A stretch of 64,000 nucleotides of DNA from Candidatus Bathyarchaeia archaeon (GTDB taxonomy: Archaea; Thermoproteota; Bathyarchaeia; Bathyarchaeales; Bathycorpusculaceae), in assembly GCA_038882975.1 (NCBI GenBank), contig JAVZNE010000002.1:160001-224000 (forward strand), written 5' to 3'. The notes under the pieces are model-generated. The model was not told the origin of the DNA. It worked only from the letters and a program-made list of their open reading frames with translations, and made no database searches. The position numbers and the translations under genes are program-made. This document shows positions 37,851 to 48,289 of the stretch, in pieces. The stretch's first letter is position 1. Each line of letters begins with the position of its first letter.

Positions 37851-39542
37851 TTGAAAGGGAAAGCTTTGGCTTTCATAGTCTTGGCGGTTACGCTATTATT
37901 TTTCGTCTTAAACATTGCCTATGTCAAAGACGCTAATGCAGAGCCTCCATACTCTATTGAGTGGGTTAGCCATGAGGTGAAAATTCTTTATAACGGCTAC
38001 ATCATCGTAAACGACACAATAAAAGTGAATGGGTCTGTGCAGGACGGTTTTCTTATTGGTTTTCCATATAGGTATGCACCTTACGTTCTCCGATGTATAG
38101 CCTACAACACTGCCAATTTTACCCAACAGTACAATGTTGTCGGTGGTGTGCCATTAAATGACCGTGTTGGCTTTTATGGTTTTAAGGTTACCTTAAACCC
38201 GCCGCCAAGCGATGGAGTTTTTAGCGTCATATTCGTGCTTTCAAACAGCCTTCTTAGGCAGAACCCGCAGAACACAACCCTTTACACCTTGGATTTTCCA
38301 GCATACCCAAGCCTCACGGTAGACGCTTCTTCATGTAATGCTTCGGTTGTTTTATCGCCAAATTCAAAATTTGTAAGCGGCACAGGCACGGTTAACACGA
38401 CAAACTATTCAATTAAAAAGCCATTGTCCCCGTTCATGTACGAGCCTGCAAATTTGACCTTCCAGCTAACCACCGATGACATACAGCTATTCACAGTGAT
38501 GGAGTTCAAGCGCGAAATTAATGTTGGCAGCATGGGTGAAATTTGGTTTTCAGACAGCTATTATATAAGAAATGAGTCGCCGCAGCAGATGACCTCTGTT
38601 AAGGTAGCTGTACCACCGAACGCTTCAAATGTTTGGGTTGAGGATGAGTTTGGAAGAAAGGGTAATATAGCATTGGGCAAGGTAAGCTTATCCCTGCCCG
38701 TTGAAAGCGGCAGATCAACAAAGTTCATTGTGAGGTATAACATGCCAAAAGGAAAAGGTACAAATTTCACATTTTTCCAAGAGATAAACTACTACATTGA
38801 GAAAGCATCCATAATTATCACGTTGCCTGAAGGTGCCAAAATCATGAGAGTAAGCCCCAACAGCGTTTTGCCAATTGGCGCGTACGGGGTGTCAAGAGAT
38901 GTGTTCCAGGAAAGAATCACTTTAAGCAAACAAGGGGTTCTGTCCTTAGATAGCTTCACAATGGAGTTGTCATACGAGTATAATCCCTTGTGGCTGACTT
39001 TCCGCCCCACATTGTGGATTTGGGCGCTATCGGTTTTTGGATGTGCCATTATCGCCATTTGGAAAAGACCAAAAGCACCAGAAGCTGCTGTTGTTGCAGT
39101 ACCAACAGTTGCTGTTAGGCTTAGCCCAGAAATTCTCAGAAGGTTTGTGGAATCCTACGAGGAGAAGCGGCGGATAACTTCAGATTTAAGGTCTCTTGAA
39201 GCTGCTGTTAGCAAGGGAAGGATTCAAAGGCAGAGGTACAAAGTGCAGAGGAAAACTTTGGAAACGCGGCTTGCAGCGTTGTCCAGAAACTTAGATGATT
39301 TGAAGCTGAAGCTTAGGTCTGCTGGAGGGCGTTATGCGGATTTGATGCACCAACTTGAGGTTGCGGAAACAGAACTTAACGAGGTTGAATCTAACATTAA
39401 AAGCATCGAAATTCGCCACCGTAGAGGAGACTTAACATTGGAGGCTTACCGCAAACTTCTAGCAGACTACGAAAGCAGAAGGGAAAAGGCTGAAACCACC
39501 ATTAGCGGAATTCTGTTAAGGATACGTGAAGAAATCCGCTAG
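37851..39542 (+). CDS. Ribophorin I (Ost1/RPN1)-like single-pass membrane protein
   Basis: Signal peptide, beta-rich ectodomain with many NxS/T sites, one TM and a coiled-coil tail; collinear RPN1-like motifs. Confidence 0.65.
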   Translation: MKGKALAFIVLAVTLLFFVLNIAYVKDANAEPPYSIEWVSHEVKILYNGYIIVNDTIKVNGSVQDGFLIGFPYRYAPYVLRCIAYNTANFTQQYNVVGGVPLNDRVGFYGFKVTLNPPPSDGVFSVIFVLSNSLLRQNPQNTTLYTLDFPAYPSLTVDASSCNASVVLSPNSKFVSGTGTVNTTNYSIKKPLSPFMYEPANLTFQLTTDDIQLFTVMEFKREINVGSMGEIWFSDSYYIRNESPQQMTSVKVAVPPNASNVWVEDEFGRKGNIALGKVSLSLPVESGRSTKFIVRYNMPKGKGTNFTFFQEINYYIEKASIIITLPEGAKIMRVSPNSVLPIGAYGVSRDVFQERITLSKQGVLSLDSFTMELSYEYNPLWLTFRPTLWIWALSVFGCAIIAIWKRPKAPEAAVVAVPTVAVRLSPEILRRFVESYEEKRRITSDLRSLEAAVSKGRIQRQRYKVQRKTLETRLAALSRNLDDLKLKLRSAGGRYADLMHQLEVAETELNEVESNIKSIEIRHRRGDLTLEAYRKLLADYESRREKAETTISGILLRIREEIR

Positions 39543-39606
39543 CGAACCTAAAGGCTTTTATTTCACCCCTAAAATTTGAAGGAAATCTGGTTGAAGGGGG
39601 AATAAA

Positions 39607-39789
39607 ATGGTAAAGATAGTGGTTGACAACCACAAGTGCACCGGATGCGGCACATGCGTCGACACATGCCCGGTGGGCGTTTATGAAGTAAAGGATGGAA
39701 AATCTGTCCCAGTAAAAGTGGAAGAGTGCCTCGTGTGTAGGGCATGCGAAGCCCAGTGTCCAGAAGGCGCCATCCAAGTAATTGAATAG
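39607..39789 (+). CDS. 2x[4Fe-4S] ferredoxin
   Basis: CTGCGTCVDTCP and CLVCRACEAQCP. Confidence 0.93.
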   Translation: MVKIVVDNHKCTGCGTCVDTCPVGVYEVKDGKSVPVKVEECLVCRACEAQCPEGAIQVIE

Positions 39790-39821
39790 CAGCCGCCACC
39801 TTTCCCTTTCTTTCAAAAGCC

Positions 39822-41276
39822 CTAAAATTTCTCGAAAGTTTCTAAAAATAACCTTTGCAAAAATTGTTTTACCGTGAGCCTCTCCCTTTTAGCCAATCTT
39901 TTAATGGCCTTAGAAACGCCAGTGGCATATTGCACGGCCTTCTTTTGCCTATTAACTATTTGAGGGGGTAGCCCAACTTTTTCAGCGGCTTTTCTCAGCA
40001 CAGCTTTTCTGAGGGGGTCATTTGGCGACTCTATTTTCATCCTTAATGGCAGATTAAGAGCAAAATCTGCGATGGGGTAAGAGGCGAAGGGCAGGCGAAG
40101 TTCTACATTATTGAAGATGCAGATTTTGCTGTCCCTTTCAAAGTTGTTTTCATGCATTGTTAGAATGTCGTTTACAATCGCCTTTTCAGCGGCATCCTCA
40201 CCAAAGCGTTTGTAAAGGTTTAGATAACGCCTATACCCTCCAAAGTACTCGTCTGCCCCCTGTCCAGTGAGCAGAACTCTAAAACCAAGTTCAGCCGCCT
40301 TTTCGGCAGTCCAAAAAATTGGCACACCAATACTAGCCGTAACGGGGTTGTGGTCTTCTATTGCCAACAACACTTTGGGAAGCGTCCGCTTCACATAACC
40401 TTCATCATACAAGTATTTGTGAAAGGGCATGTCAAGCAGGCTGGCAGCCTTTTCCGCCTGCTCTGTTTCCAGCTGGTTTTCAAGGCTTACGTGAATTAAG
40501 TGGACTTTGACTCCAGCCTTTTTTGCAAGCCACGCGATTAGGCTGCTGTCCAAGCCTCCTGAAAAAGCCACTGCAACTTCACTTAAGCCATACACTCTCC
40601 CTTGAATTGACTGTTCTAGAAGCGCTTGAAGCTTTTTGGAAGCTTCCTCCATGGATGCTAAAGCGGTTACGGAGCGCTTTAAAACCTTAACAGGTCTTAT
40701 TTTGAACCCCCTTTTGTCTGCAATTATCACGTGCCCCGGCGGGAAAGATTGCACCCTTTTTATGCCCACCTTCCATAATGCCTTACTTTCTGACGCGAAA
40801 GCGGAAAAATTGCCGTTTTCGCCATAATAAAGCGGGTATAAGCCTAAAGAGTCTCTTCCGACAACGAGTTTTTCATGTTTGGCTATGGCGAAAGCGAAGC
40901 AACCGTCAAACTTCCTTATCCACGCCTCAGCGCCAGCCTCGCTATCGGCTTGAAGTTTTTGTGCGAAAAAATCCGCATCTAAAAGCTCAACTGGTGGATT
41001 GTAAATTCTCCCATCGAAAACGAAAGTCGTCTCTCCAATCTGTGTTAGCCGCGGCTTGTCTTGGGCTAAAACCTTCAGAAAAACATGTCCGATGGCTGTT
41101 GAAGACTTAAAACCTTCGACTTGCAGTTTGTCTAAAGATTTTTCAACCGTGACGTGGTTTTGTGTTGCTATGCCAATGGCGTCTGCGCCTCCCCCCTCCA
41201 GAACTTTAAGCATCGAAGCTGCTGCTTGAACAGCTTTTTCTCCCTTTCTGTCAAGGACTGCTACAACCGCTTTCAT
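39822..41276 (-). CDS. Asparagine synthase-family protein
   Basis: RDSLGLYPLYY, FSGGLDSS, TGQGADEYFGGY, ELRLPF; no N-terminal Cys. Confidence 0.85.
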   Translation of the reverse strand: MKAVVAVLDRKGEKAVQAAASMLKVLEGGGADAIGIATQNHVTVEKSLDKLQVEGFKSSTAIGHVFLKVLAQDKPRLTQIGETTFVFDGRIYNPPVELLDADFFAQKLQADSEAGAEAWIRKFDGCFAFAIAKHEKLVVGRDSLGLYPLYYGENGNFSAFASESKALWKVGIKRVQSFPPGHVIIADKRGFKIRPVKVLKRSVTALASMEEASKKLQALLEQSIQGRVYGLSEVAVAFSGGLDSSLIAWLAKKAGVKVHLIHVSLENQLETEQAEKAASLLDMPFHKYLYDEGYVKRTLPKVLLAIEDHNPVTASIGVPIFWTAEKAAELGFRVLLTGQGADEYFGGYRRYLNLYKRFGEDAAEKAIVNDILTMHENNFERDSKICIFNNVELRLPFASYPIADFALNLPLRMKIESPNDPLRKAVLRKAAEKVGLPPQIVNRQKKAVQYATGVSKAIKRLAKRERLTVKQFLQRLFLETFEKF

Positions 41277-41399
41277 GTTATCAACCTTTGCCTTGTTTCA
41301 AGCTATATTTTGAGTGATAGCCATTTAAATTAGGCTGCATGTTTAAAGGGAATGTTAAAAATCCGCATGGACACGTATTGCATCGAGACGGAGGTTCTG

Positions 41400-42110
41400 A
41401 TGTTGGGTGTCAAGCTTGTAAGCTTTGATGTTTGGGACACCCTACTATCTGTGAGGTCCTATTATCAGAGCATCGCCTTAGAGTTGGCAAAATCCGTGAA
41501 TTTGGCGCCGGAAACCATTGCAGATAGGCTTGTTGAAGGATATAGAAAAGTTAGGGCTATTAGGAGGGCTGGCGGCTTTAGCGATTCTGAAATTGTTCCA
41601 TCAGCTCTTGAGGTGATAGCCAAATTTCTAGGCGTGGACTCTGAAAAGGTTTCGAGGGCTATTCTCGCCGCGACAGAAAACTATCCATCAGAGCAACACT
41701 TAATAGAAGGTGTGAAGGAGGCTGTTCGCCGCGTTAACGAGCTAGGACTTAAAGTTGTGGTGGTGGGTAATGTGGTTTTTTGGCCTGGAAGCTACAATAG
41801 AATTCTGCTCGAGAAAGCCGGTTTGGCTGGATTTATTGATGAGCAGTTTTATGCTGATGAGTTGGGAGTTTCAAAACCGAAACCGGAAATTTTTGCAAGA
41901 GTGCTTTCAAGGTTTAATGTTCAGCCGCATGATGCTTTGCATGTTGGCGACAGTGTTTTTGAGGATTTGGTTGGCGCTGTGCTTTCCCATATGAGTGCTG
42001 TGCTGATCGACAAGAATGTGGATGGTGTTGTTAGGCTTTCAAGCTGGAATGTTTACATAATTCCAAGAATAGGCTTGCTGGAACACGTCGTCAAAGAGCT
42101 TATTCGCTAA
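41400..42110 (+). CDS. HAD-superfamily hydrolase
   Basis: FDVWDTL, SKPKPEIF, HVGDS..EDL. Confidence 0.88.
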   Translation: MLGVKLVSFDVWDTLLSVRSYYQSIALELAKSVNLAPETIADRLVEGYRKVRAIRRAGGFSDSEIVPSALEVIAKFLGVDSEKVSRAILAATENYPSEQHLIEGVKEAVRRVNELGLKVVVVGNVVFWPGSYNRILLEKAGLAGFIDEQFYADELGVSKPKPEIFARVLSRFNVQPHDALHVGDSVFEDLVGAVLSHMSAVLIDKNVDGVVRLSSWNVYIIPRIGLLEHVVKELIR

Positions 42111-42165
42111 CCTGCTGGAAAAGCATTAATCCTTAAGCATGCTATCTTTTCAAAGGGATAAAGGC

Positions 42166-43536
42166 TTGCCAATCCTTCCAATTGATACTGGGCGTTATGG
42201 GACGCCGGAAATGCGGCGGATTTTCGAGGAGGAAAACCGAGTTCAGAAAATGCTAGATGTTGAGGCTGCCTTGGCTTGGGCACACGCCGAAGTTGGCAAC
42301 ATTCCACGCGAAGATGCAAAGCGAATCATGGCTGCGGCTTCGCTTAAATACGTCAAAATTGAGCGCATAAAAGAGATTGAACGCGAAATTAAGCATGATG
42401 TTATGGCTCTTGTTAAAGCTTTAGCAGAGGCAAGCGGTCCTAGCGGGGCTTATGTGCATCTTGGCGCCACAAGCTACGACATTGTTGACACGGCAACCGC
42501 CCTCCAGCTTAAAGAGGCTTTAGAGCTTATTGAGCGAAGGCTGAACGATTTCGAGAAGGTTTTGATGGAGAAGGCACTACGCCATAAGGAAACATTAATG
42601 ATGGGGCGAACCCACGGGCAACACGCCCTCCCAATAACTTTAGGTTTTAAGTTTGCTGTTTGGATGAGGGAAGTTTCAAGGCACATTGAGAGGCTTAGGC
42701 AGTGCCGCGAACGCGTCATCGTTGGCAAGATGAGCGGGGCTGTAGGCACCCAAGCTGGCTTAAGCGAAAATGCCATGCGAATACAGGAGCTTGTGATGCA
42801 GAAGCTTGGCATAAAAGCGGCTGACATTTCCACGCAGATTGTGCAGAGGGACCGTCACGCCGAGCTTGTCTGCCTATTGGCTTTGATTGCTTCGAGTCTC
42901 GAAAACTTCGCCACAGAAATTCGTGAACTGCAGAGACCAGAAATAGGCGAGCTGGCGGAGCCCTTCGAAGTTGAGAGGCAAGTTGGCAGTTCAACGATGC
43001 CCCATAAACGGAACCCAGAGGTATGCGAACGCGTCTGCGGCTTGGCTAGAATGGTTCGAAGCCTAACGGTTCCAGCTTTAGAGAATGTTGTGACTTGGCA
43101 TGAACGCGATTTGACACAGTCTTCTGCTGAGCGCTTTATAATTCCAGAAGCTTGCATACTGGTGGACTACATGCTATTTCTAATGACAAATGTTGTGGCT
43201 AATTTGTACGTGAATGAGGAGCGCATGCGCCAAAACATTGAATTAACCCAAGGGCGGGCGATGTCAGAAGCCGTAATGATAGCCCTAACAAAGAAAGGGA
43301 TGAGCCGACAAGAAGCCCATGAATTATTGAGAAGGCTGACGATAAAGAGTGAGACTGAGAAGCGCCCCTTTAAAGAAGTCCTCCTAGAAGACAAGGTTGT
43401 TAGCAAGAAGCTGAGCGAAAAAGAAATTGATGAGGCTTTAAACCCGCGGAATTATTTAGGCACCGCCTTGAGGCAAATTGAGCTTATAATGGAGAAAACC
43501 AGAAGAGAGCGAAAGGAAAGGGGTCTGGCTGACTAA
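42166..43536 (+). CDS. purB: Adenylosuccinate lyase
   Basis: HDVMA, HLGATSYD, GRTHGQHA, GSSTMPHKRNP; probable TTG start 42166. Confidence 0.95.
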   Translation: MPILPIDTGRYGTPEMRRIFEEENRVQKMLDVEAALAWAHAEVGNIPREDAKRIMAAASLKYVKIERIKEIEREIKHDVMALVKALAEASGPSGAYVHLGATSYDIVDTATALQLKEALELIERRLNDFEKVLMEKALRHKETLMMGRTHGQHALPITLGFKFAVWMREVSRHIERLRQCRERVIVGKMSGAVGTQAGLSENAMRIQELVMQKLGIKAADISTQIVQRDRHAELVCLLALIASSLENFATEIRELQRPEIGELAEPFEVERQVGSSTMPHKRNPEVCERVCGLARMVRSLTVPALENVVTWHERDLTQSSAERFIIPEACILVDYMLFLMTNVVANLYVNEERMRQNIELTQGRAMSEAVMIALTKKGMSRQEAHELLRRLTIKSETEKRPFKEVLLEDKVVSKKLSEKEIDEALNPRNYLGTALRQIELIMEKTRRERKERGLAD

Positions 43537-45764
43537 TATTCTGTTAGGGCCTTTTGCTTCCACTCTTCTTCCTTTTCAAGTTTTTCCCATGCCTCTTTTT
43601 TGACGAAGCCTCCCACTTGCTCTTTAATCTTTTTTGCCAGTTTCGGTCCTATGAGTGGCAGATTCATTAGTTCTTCAATTTGGGCGTGCTTTATGTCCTC
43701 TATTGTTTTGTATCCCGCATTGTATAGTATGCGTCCGCGAACCCTTCCTATGCCCTCCAGCCTTACTATTGGTAGGAGCTCTTTTTTGACGCCCTTTTCC
43801 ACCCTTTCCATCAGTTCCATGGTTAGTGGTTGGGCTTCCTTGTTGTTGAATAAAACCGCTAATTCGTGGGTGGCGTAAAGGAGCCACTTTGCATTTTCAA
43901 CGGTTCTGTATAGGTCGCCTGGCTGTACGCGGAACTTTTCTATTATTTCGTCTTCGCTTGCCTCTTCTATCCATGCCTTCAAAACCATGGCTGTTTTTGC
44001 TTCTGCCAAGAACTCTTCGTAGTTTATTCGGTCTTCCCACTCGTTTGGCACTGGCGTTAGAAACTCTTCACGGTGTTCCTCGGCGAAGACTGCCACTTTA
44101 TCTAGTTCACTTGTGCTTGGTCTAAAAAGCGGGCGCATGTCTGGCGTATGCGCTATCATGTGGAGGAGGCTTAAATCCGTTAGTACTGGCGGTTTTTGGC
44201 GTAGGGCGTCACGGATTATGACGGCTGAAACTGGGTCTATGTAGAGTTCGCTGACGCGCTTGCCGAATCTTGTGGCGTAAATGTTTGTGCCGCTTACATC
44301 AATCATTTCCTCTTCGTATAGGAAACGGAGTATTTTGGCTATAACGTTCTTTATTGCGGCGATGTCGTATTGATAAGCGTAGAAGGTTTTGCCGAAAAAA
44401 TCGTATATGCCAGCTTCCGTATGCGCATAGTCTGCGGCTATCGTTGCAAGCACATGCCCCCGCAATATGCGTTCCACAGCAAGCCTTGACCATATGCGCT
44501 CAGGCTTTGCCAGCACATAGCTCTCCATCAGGTAGTCGGCTTCGTCGTCTGTTCTCGCAATTAATAGGGCTTCACCAATTTTGTCGTATTTTGGTCGTCC
44601 GGCTCTTCCGCACATCTGCTTGTATTCCAAAACGCTTATTGGATAATAGCCATAACCGGGCTCATAACGCCTATAATCATATATTATGACGGTTCTCGCC
44701 GGAAGATTAACGCCAAAAGCCAGTGTTGGCGTGGCTGTTAAAACCTTAATTTTTCCTTCACGGAAAGCGTCCTCAATTATTTTTCTGTGAGCGCTGCCTA
44801 AACCAGCATGGTGAAAAGCCACACCACACTTGACAAGTTCGGCTAGGAGTTCACTTATCCTTGTTTTTTCTCCAGCCGCCAAAATCCTTTCTGCTTCACG
44901 CTCTAAAGCCCTTTTCACGGGTTTGGATAGGATTTCTCCAATTTTCGCCGCTGTTTTCTTGGCCAGTGCCACAGAGCTTTTCCTTGTAGCAGCAAAAATT
45001 AGGGCTTGCCCACCAGTTTTAACGGTGTGCAGTGCCAAGTTTATGGCTGGGTTTTTAACTTCCCTTTCAATTTTTATTGATTCGCCATCCCTAAACTGGA
45101 TTTCGTTGTGGAGGAGTACGCCCTCTTTCAAGAGTATTGGGCGCCAGTCTGTTGTTATGTATTCGGCATTCAGCCACTCTGCAATTTCTTGAACGTTGTT
45201 TATTGTGGCGCTTAAAGCCAAAATCTGGATTTCTGGGTTTGTTTGCATAAGCCTAGCCAAAACCACTTCGAGGGTGGGTCCGCGCTCCGCCTCGTTTAGC
45301 AGGTGCACTTCATCTGCCACTACAAGGCTTATATCATCCATCCACTTGGCTTTATGCCTCAAAAGCGAGTCCACCTTCTCATTTGTAGCCACAATAATGT
45401 CGTAGCGCTCCAGCCAAGGATCAGAGCTATCATAATCGCCAGTGGAAATGCCAACGCTTACGCGTTTTCCATCAGGCTTTGTGATGGCTGAGTACTTCTT
45501 AAACTCCTCATACTTTTCGCTGGCTAAAGCCCTCAAAGGCGTCAAATAGAGGACTTTGCCGTCGCCTTCCAAGATGTGTTTTAAGGCGCATAGCTCAGCA
45601 ATCAAGGTTTTGCCAGAAGCCGTTGGACTAGCCAAAACAAGGTTTCGCCCATCCAAGGCGCCAGCCTTTATGGCTTCTTCCTGCGGTGGATAAAGCTCAA
45701 CAATTCCAGACTTAAGTAGAACTTCTTTAACCGACTCTGGAATTGGGAGGTCTGTTATCCTCAC
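43533..45764 (-). CDS. hel308: Ski2-like DNA helicase Hel308/Hjm
   Basis: LYPPQ, PTASGKT, DEVH, SAT, HHAGL, QMCGRAGRP, C-terminal HhH. Confidence 0.94.
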   Translation of the reverse strand: MRITDLPIPESVKEVLLKSGIVELYPPQEEAIKAGALDGRNLVLASPTASGKTLIAELCALKHILEGDGKVLYLTPLRALASEKYEEFKKYSAITKPDGKRVSVGISTGDYDSSDPWLERYDIIVATNEKVDSLLRHKAKWMDDISLVVADEVHLLNEAERGPTLEVVLARLMQTNPEIQILALSATINNVQEIAEWLNAEYITTDWRPILLKEGVLLHNEIQFRDGESIKIEREVKNPAINLALHTVKTGGQALIFAATRKSSVALAKKTAAKIGEILSKPVKRALEREAERILAAGEKTRISELLAELVKCGVAFHHAGLGSAHRKIIEDAFREGKIKVLTATPTLAFGVNLPARTVIIYDYRRYEPGYGYYPISVLEYKQMCGRAGRPKYDKIGEALLIARTDDEADYLMESYVLAKPERIWSRLAVERILRGHVLATIAADYAHTEAGIYDFFGKTFYAYQYDIAAIKNVIAKILRFLYEEEMIDVSGTNIYATRFGKRVSELYIDPVSAVIIRDALRQKPPVLTDLSLLHMIAHTPDMRPLFRPSTSELDKVAVFAEEHREEFLTPVPNEWEDRINYEEFLAEAKTAMVLKAWIEEASEDEIIEKFRVQPGDLYRTVENAKWLLYATHELAVLFNNKEAQPLTMELMERVEKGVKKELLPIVRLEGIGRVRGRILYNAGYKTIEDIKHAQIEELMNLPLIGPKLAKKIKEQVGGFVKKEAWEKLEKEEEWKQKALTEY

Positions 45765-45868
45765 TTGAACGCGCCTTTTTCTTCCCTATCGCAAACTAGA
45801 GAACGAAAGCTGTTTAAAACGTTATTGAAAAACAGAAATTTTGAAAAATAAAAAGAATACGTTTGAGA

Positions 45869-46159
45869 CTATTTCCTCAAGGTCTTGTATAAATCCGCTG
45901 CTTTTGTTGGGTCGTTTATGGAGAAGAACTTCCACTTGATTTCAGGCGAGTAGAAGTTTGCAATGTTTTTAAGCGTCTCTGAGTCGTCTGTCTCAAACAA
46001 AGTGAAGCCCTTGCTCTCGCCAGTGAACTGGAAAGGACCAAAAATCAGTTTAGCAAACTCTTCGTTTCCCTTTTCCCTTTCAGCTGTCATTTTCCTAAAC
46101 TTTTCAATGACATCCATAACGTCGCCTCCAACAACCTTCCAAAATCCTATATACTTCAT
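45869..46159 (-). CDS. Small hypothetical protein (DUF3303-like)
   Basis: MKYIGFWK...KGFTLFETDD; GGAGGTG RBS upstream of ATG 46159. Confidence 0.6.
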   Translation of the reverse strand: MKYIGFWKVVGGDVMDVIEKFRKMTAEREKGNEEFAKLIFGPFQFTGESKGFTLFETDDSETLKNIANFYSPEIKWKFFSINDPTKAADLYKTLRK

Positions 46160-46563
46160 ACACTTTTCACCTCCAACATTCAGTTTACATGCTGAACCTC
46201 GCCAACAAGCAAAGAAAGCAGCCTTCACACTGCCTACTTAACGAGCCAGCAAAGCTCACTCAATAACTATAAAACCAGCCTAATAAGGTCTTCCCTTTGT
46301 TCGTGCTCAAATTTTTCTAGAGGGTATCCAATTTAGGCGTTTTCTAACAGGTAAATTTGATGTTTGGCTGTTTAGTTGCGGAAATCTATAGGGGGAGGGG
46401 TGCTATTGGCTTTGGAAAAAGCCAAAAAATGTAGAGAGGGTGGTGTATTTGTTGTTTGGAACCAGCCACAAATATGACGTTTAGGCGTTTAACAGCGTCA
46501 AATAGCTTTTTCTATAAGCTCAAACCTAATAGGAGTTGATAAGCCAAACGGACTTGAAAGGTT

Positions 46564-47787
46564 ATGGTGGAAAACGTTCGCGAACTATTAAAGGCTCATG
46601 AGGGATTAAAGCGTGAAGTCTACTTAGACATTGAAAACTCAAGCATGGTGCCAACAGAAGTTGTTGAAGCCATGCTTCCATATTTTAACCAGCGCGCATA
46701 TGGCAATCCAACGCTTACCCACAAGCCTGGATGGGAAGCTTTCGAAGCCATAATGGAGTCAGCTCAAAAAATAGCCGGCTTCATGGGATGCAAAAACCTC
46801 GAAGAGGTTAACTTTACGCCTGGCGAAACGGAAGCTAACAACCTCGCCCTGCTGGGTGCAACCCTTCAAATGCGGGGTAAGGGCAAGAAAATTGTGATTT
46901 CCGAAGTTGAGCCTTTAAGCGTCCTGCATGTGGCTGAAATGCTAACCAAATATGGCTTTACTGTAACAAAAATCCCTGTTGATGGTGAAGGCTTCATAAA
47001 CCTTGAAAAACTGAAAGAAGCCGTTAACAGCGAAACCGTTCTCGTAAGCCTTTCCGCCGTAAATCATGAAATAGGAACAATACAACCAATAAAAGAAGCC
47101 CAAAAAATAGTCAAGGACAAAAACCCAAACGCAATATTCCATACGGATGCTTCAGACGCTTATGGGAAAATACCATTCAACGTGCGGGACTTGGGCGTGG
47201 ATATGGCAACAATAAGCAGCTACAAAATCCTTGGGCCTCGCGGAATAGGAGCCCTCTACGTGAAGGAGGGAATAAACATAGAAAGAATATTGGAAGGGCA
47301 ACTTGGCACACAGAAGCTTTGGCCGGGCGTTGAAAACACACCCCTAATGGTTGGCTTTGCAAAAGCCTCTGAACTCGCCTTTCAAAACTTTGAAGAAAAC
47401 GTCCTGCATATGCGAAAACTAAGAGACAAGCTCATGAACGGAATTTTTGAGAAAATAGCCGACGTGCGCCTAAACGGTCCAAGGGGCGAGAAAAGGGCGC
47501 CCGACAATGCCAACATAAGCTTTCTGCGCTGTGAAGGCGAAGCCCTAACAATCGAGTTAAGCCTAAACGGCGTTTATGTCTCAAGCGGAAGCGCATGCAC
47601 AAGGCGCCTATTACAGCCAAGCCACGTCCTAACAGCCATAGGCAGGAAATTCGAGGAAGCCCATGGAAGCATCCTCATGAAGGTCACCCGCTACCACACT
47701 GAAGAGGACATAGACTATGTTTTGGAAGTTTTCCCAAAAGCCGTTGAGAGACTTAGGGGGATAACTGGCACAACAGTGGTGGGATAA
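46564..47787 (+). CDS. iscS: Group I (IscS/NifS-like) cysteine desulfurase
   Basis: YGNP, NHEIGTIQP, HTDA, SSYKILGP (PLP Lys), SSGSACT, PSHVL. Confidence 0.85.
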   Translation: MVENVRELLKAHEGLKREVYLDIENSSMVPTEVVEAMLPYFNQRAYGNPTLTHKPGWEAFEAIMESAQKIAGFMGCKNLEEVNFTPGETEANNLALLGATLQMRGKGKKIVISEVEPLSVLHVAEMLTKYGFTVTKIPVDGEGFINLEKLKEAVNSETVLVSLSAVNHEIGTIQPIKEAQKIVKDKNPNAIFHTDASDAYGKIPFNVRDLGVDMATISSYKILGPRGIGALYVKEGINIERILEGQLGTQKLWPGVENTPLMVGFAKASELAFQNFEENVLHMRKLRDKLMNGIFEKIADVRLNGPRGEKRAPDNANISFLRCEGEALTIELSLNGVYVSSGSACTRRLLQPSHVLTAIGRKFEEAHGSILMKVTRYHTEEDIDYVLEVFPKAVERLRGITGTTVVG

Positions 47788-47788
47788 A

Positions 47789-48289
47789 ATGTCGCGTGCA
47801 CCATTACCCTACAGCCAAAAAATCCTTGAACTTTTCAGAAACCCTAAAAACCTTGGAAGAATGGAAGATGCCACCGTGTCGGCTGTTGCTGGAAACCCCC
47901 AATGCGGAGACATGATAACCTTCTACTTGAAAATAAACGAGCAAGACATAATTGAGAAGGCAACTTTTGAAAGCTATGGGTGCGCCGCCAACATAGCCAC
48001 ATCCAGCATAGTAACGGAAAAAGTGAAGGGAATGAAACTTGAAGACGCGTGGAAAATCACATGGAAAAGCGTAGCAGAAGAGGTTGGTGGACTCCCAGCG
48101 GTAAAATTCCACTGTGGAATCCTAGCTGTCGGTGCCCTAAGACGCGCCATAAGAGCCTACTACAAAAACAAGCAAACAACGCCTGAGTGGCTTCCAAAAG
48201 ACCTAACCTTCGAAGAAAAACAAGCCCTAGAAGAGGAAGAGTTGGCAAGAATCCTAGAGAAAAAGATGAAGATGGCAGAGGAAAAATAA
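47789..48289 (+). CDS. iscU: Fe-S scaffold IscU/NifU
   Basis: NPKNLG, GNPQCGD, GCAANIA, KFHC. Confidence 0.92.
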   Translation: MSRAPLPYSQKILELFRNPKNLGRMEDATVSAVAGNPQCGDMITFYLKINEQDIIEKATFESYGCAANIATSSIVTEKVKGMKLEDAWKITWKSVAEEVGGLPAVKFHCGILAVGALRRAIRAYYKNKQTTPEWLPKDLTFEEKQALEEEELARILEKKMKMAEEK

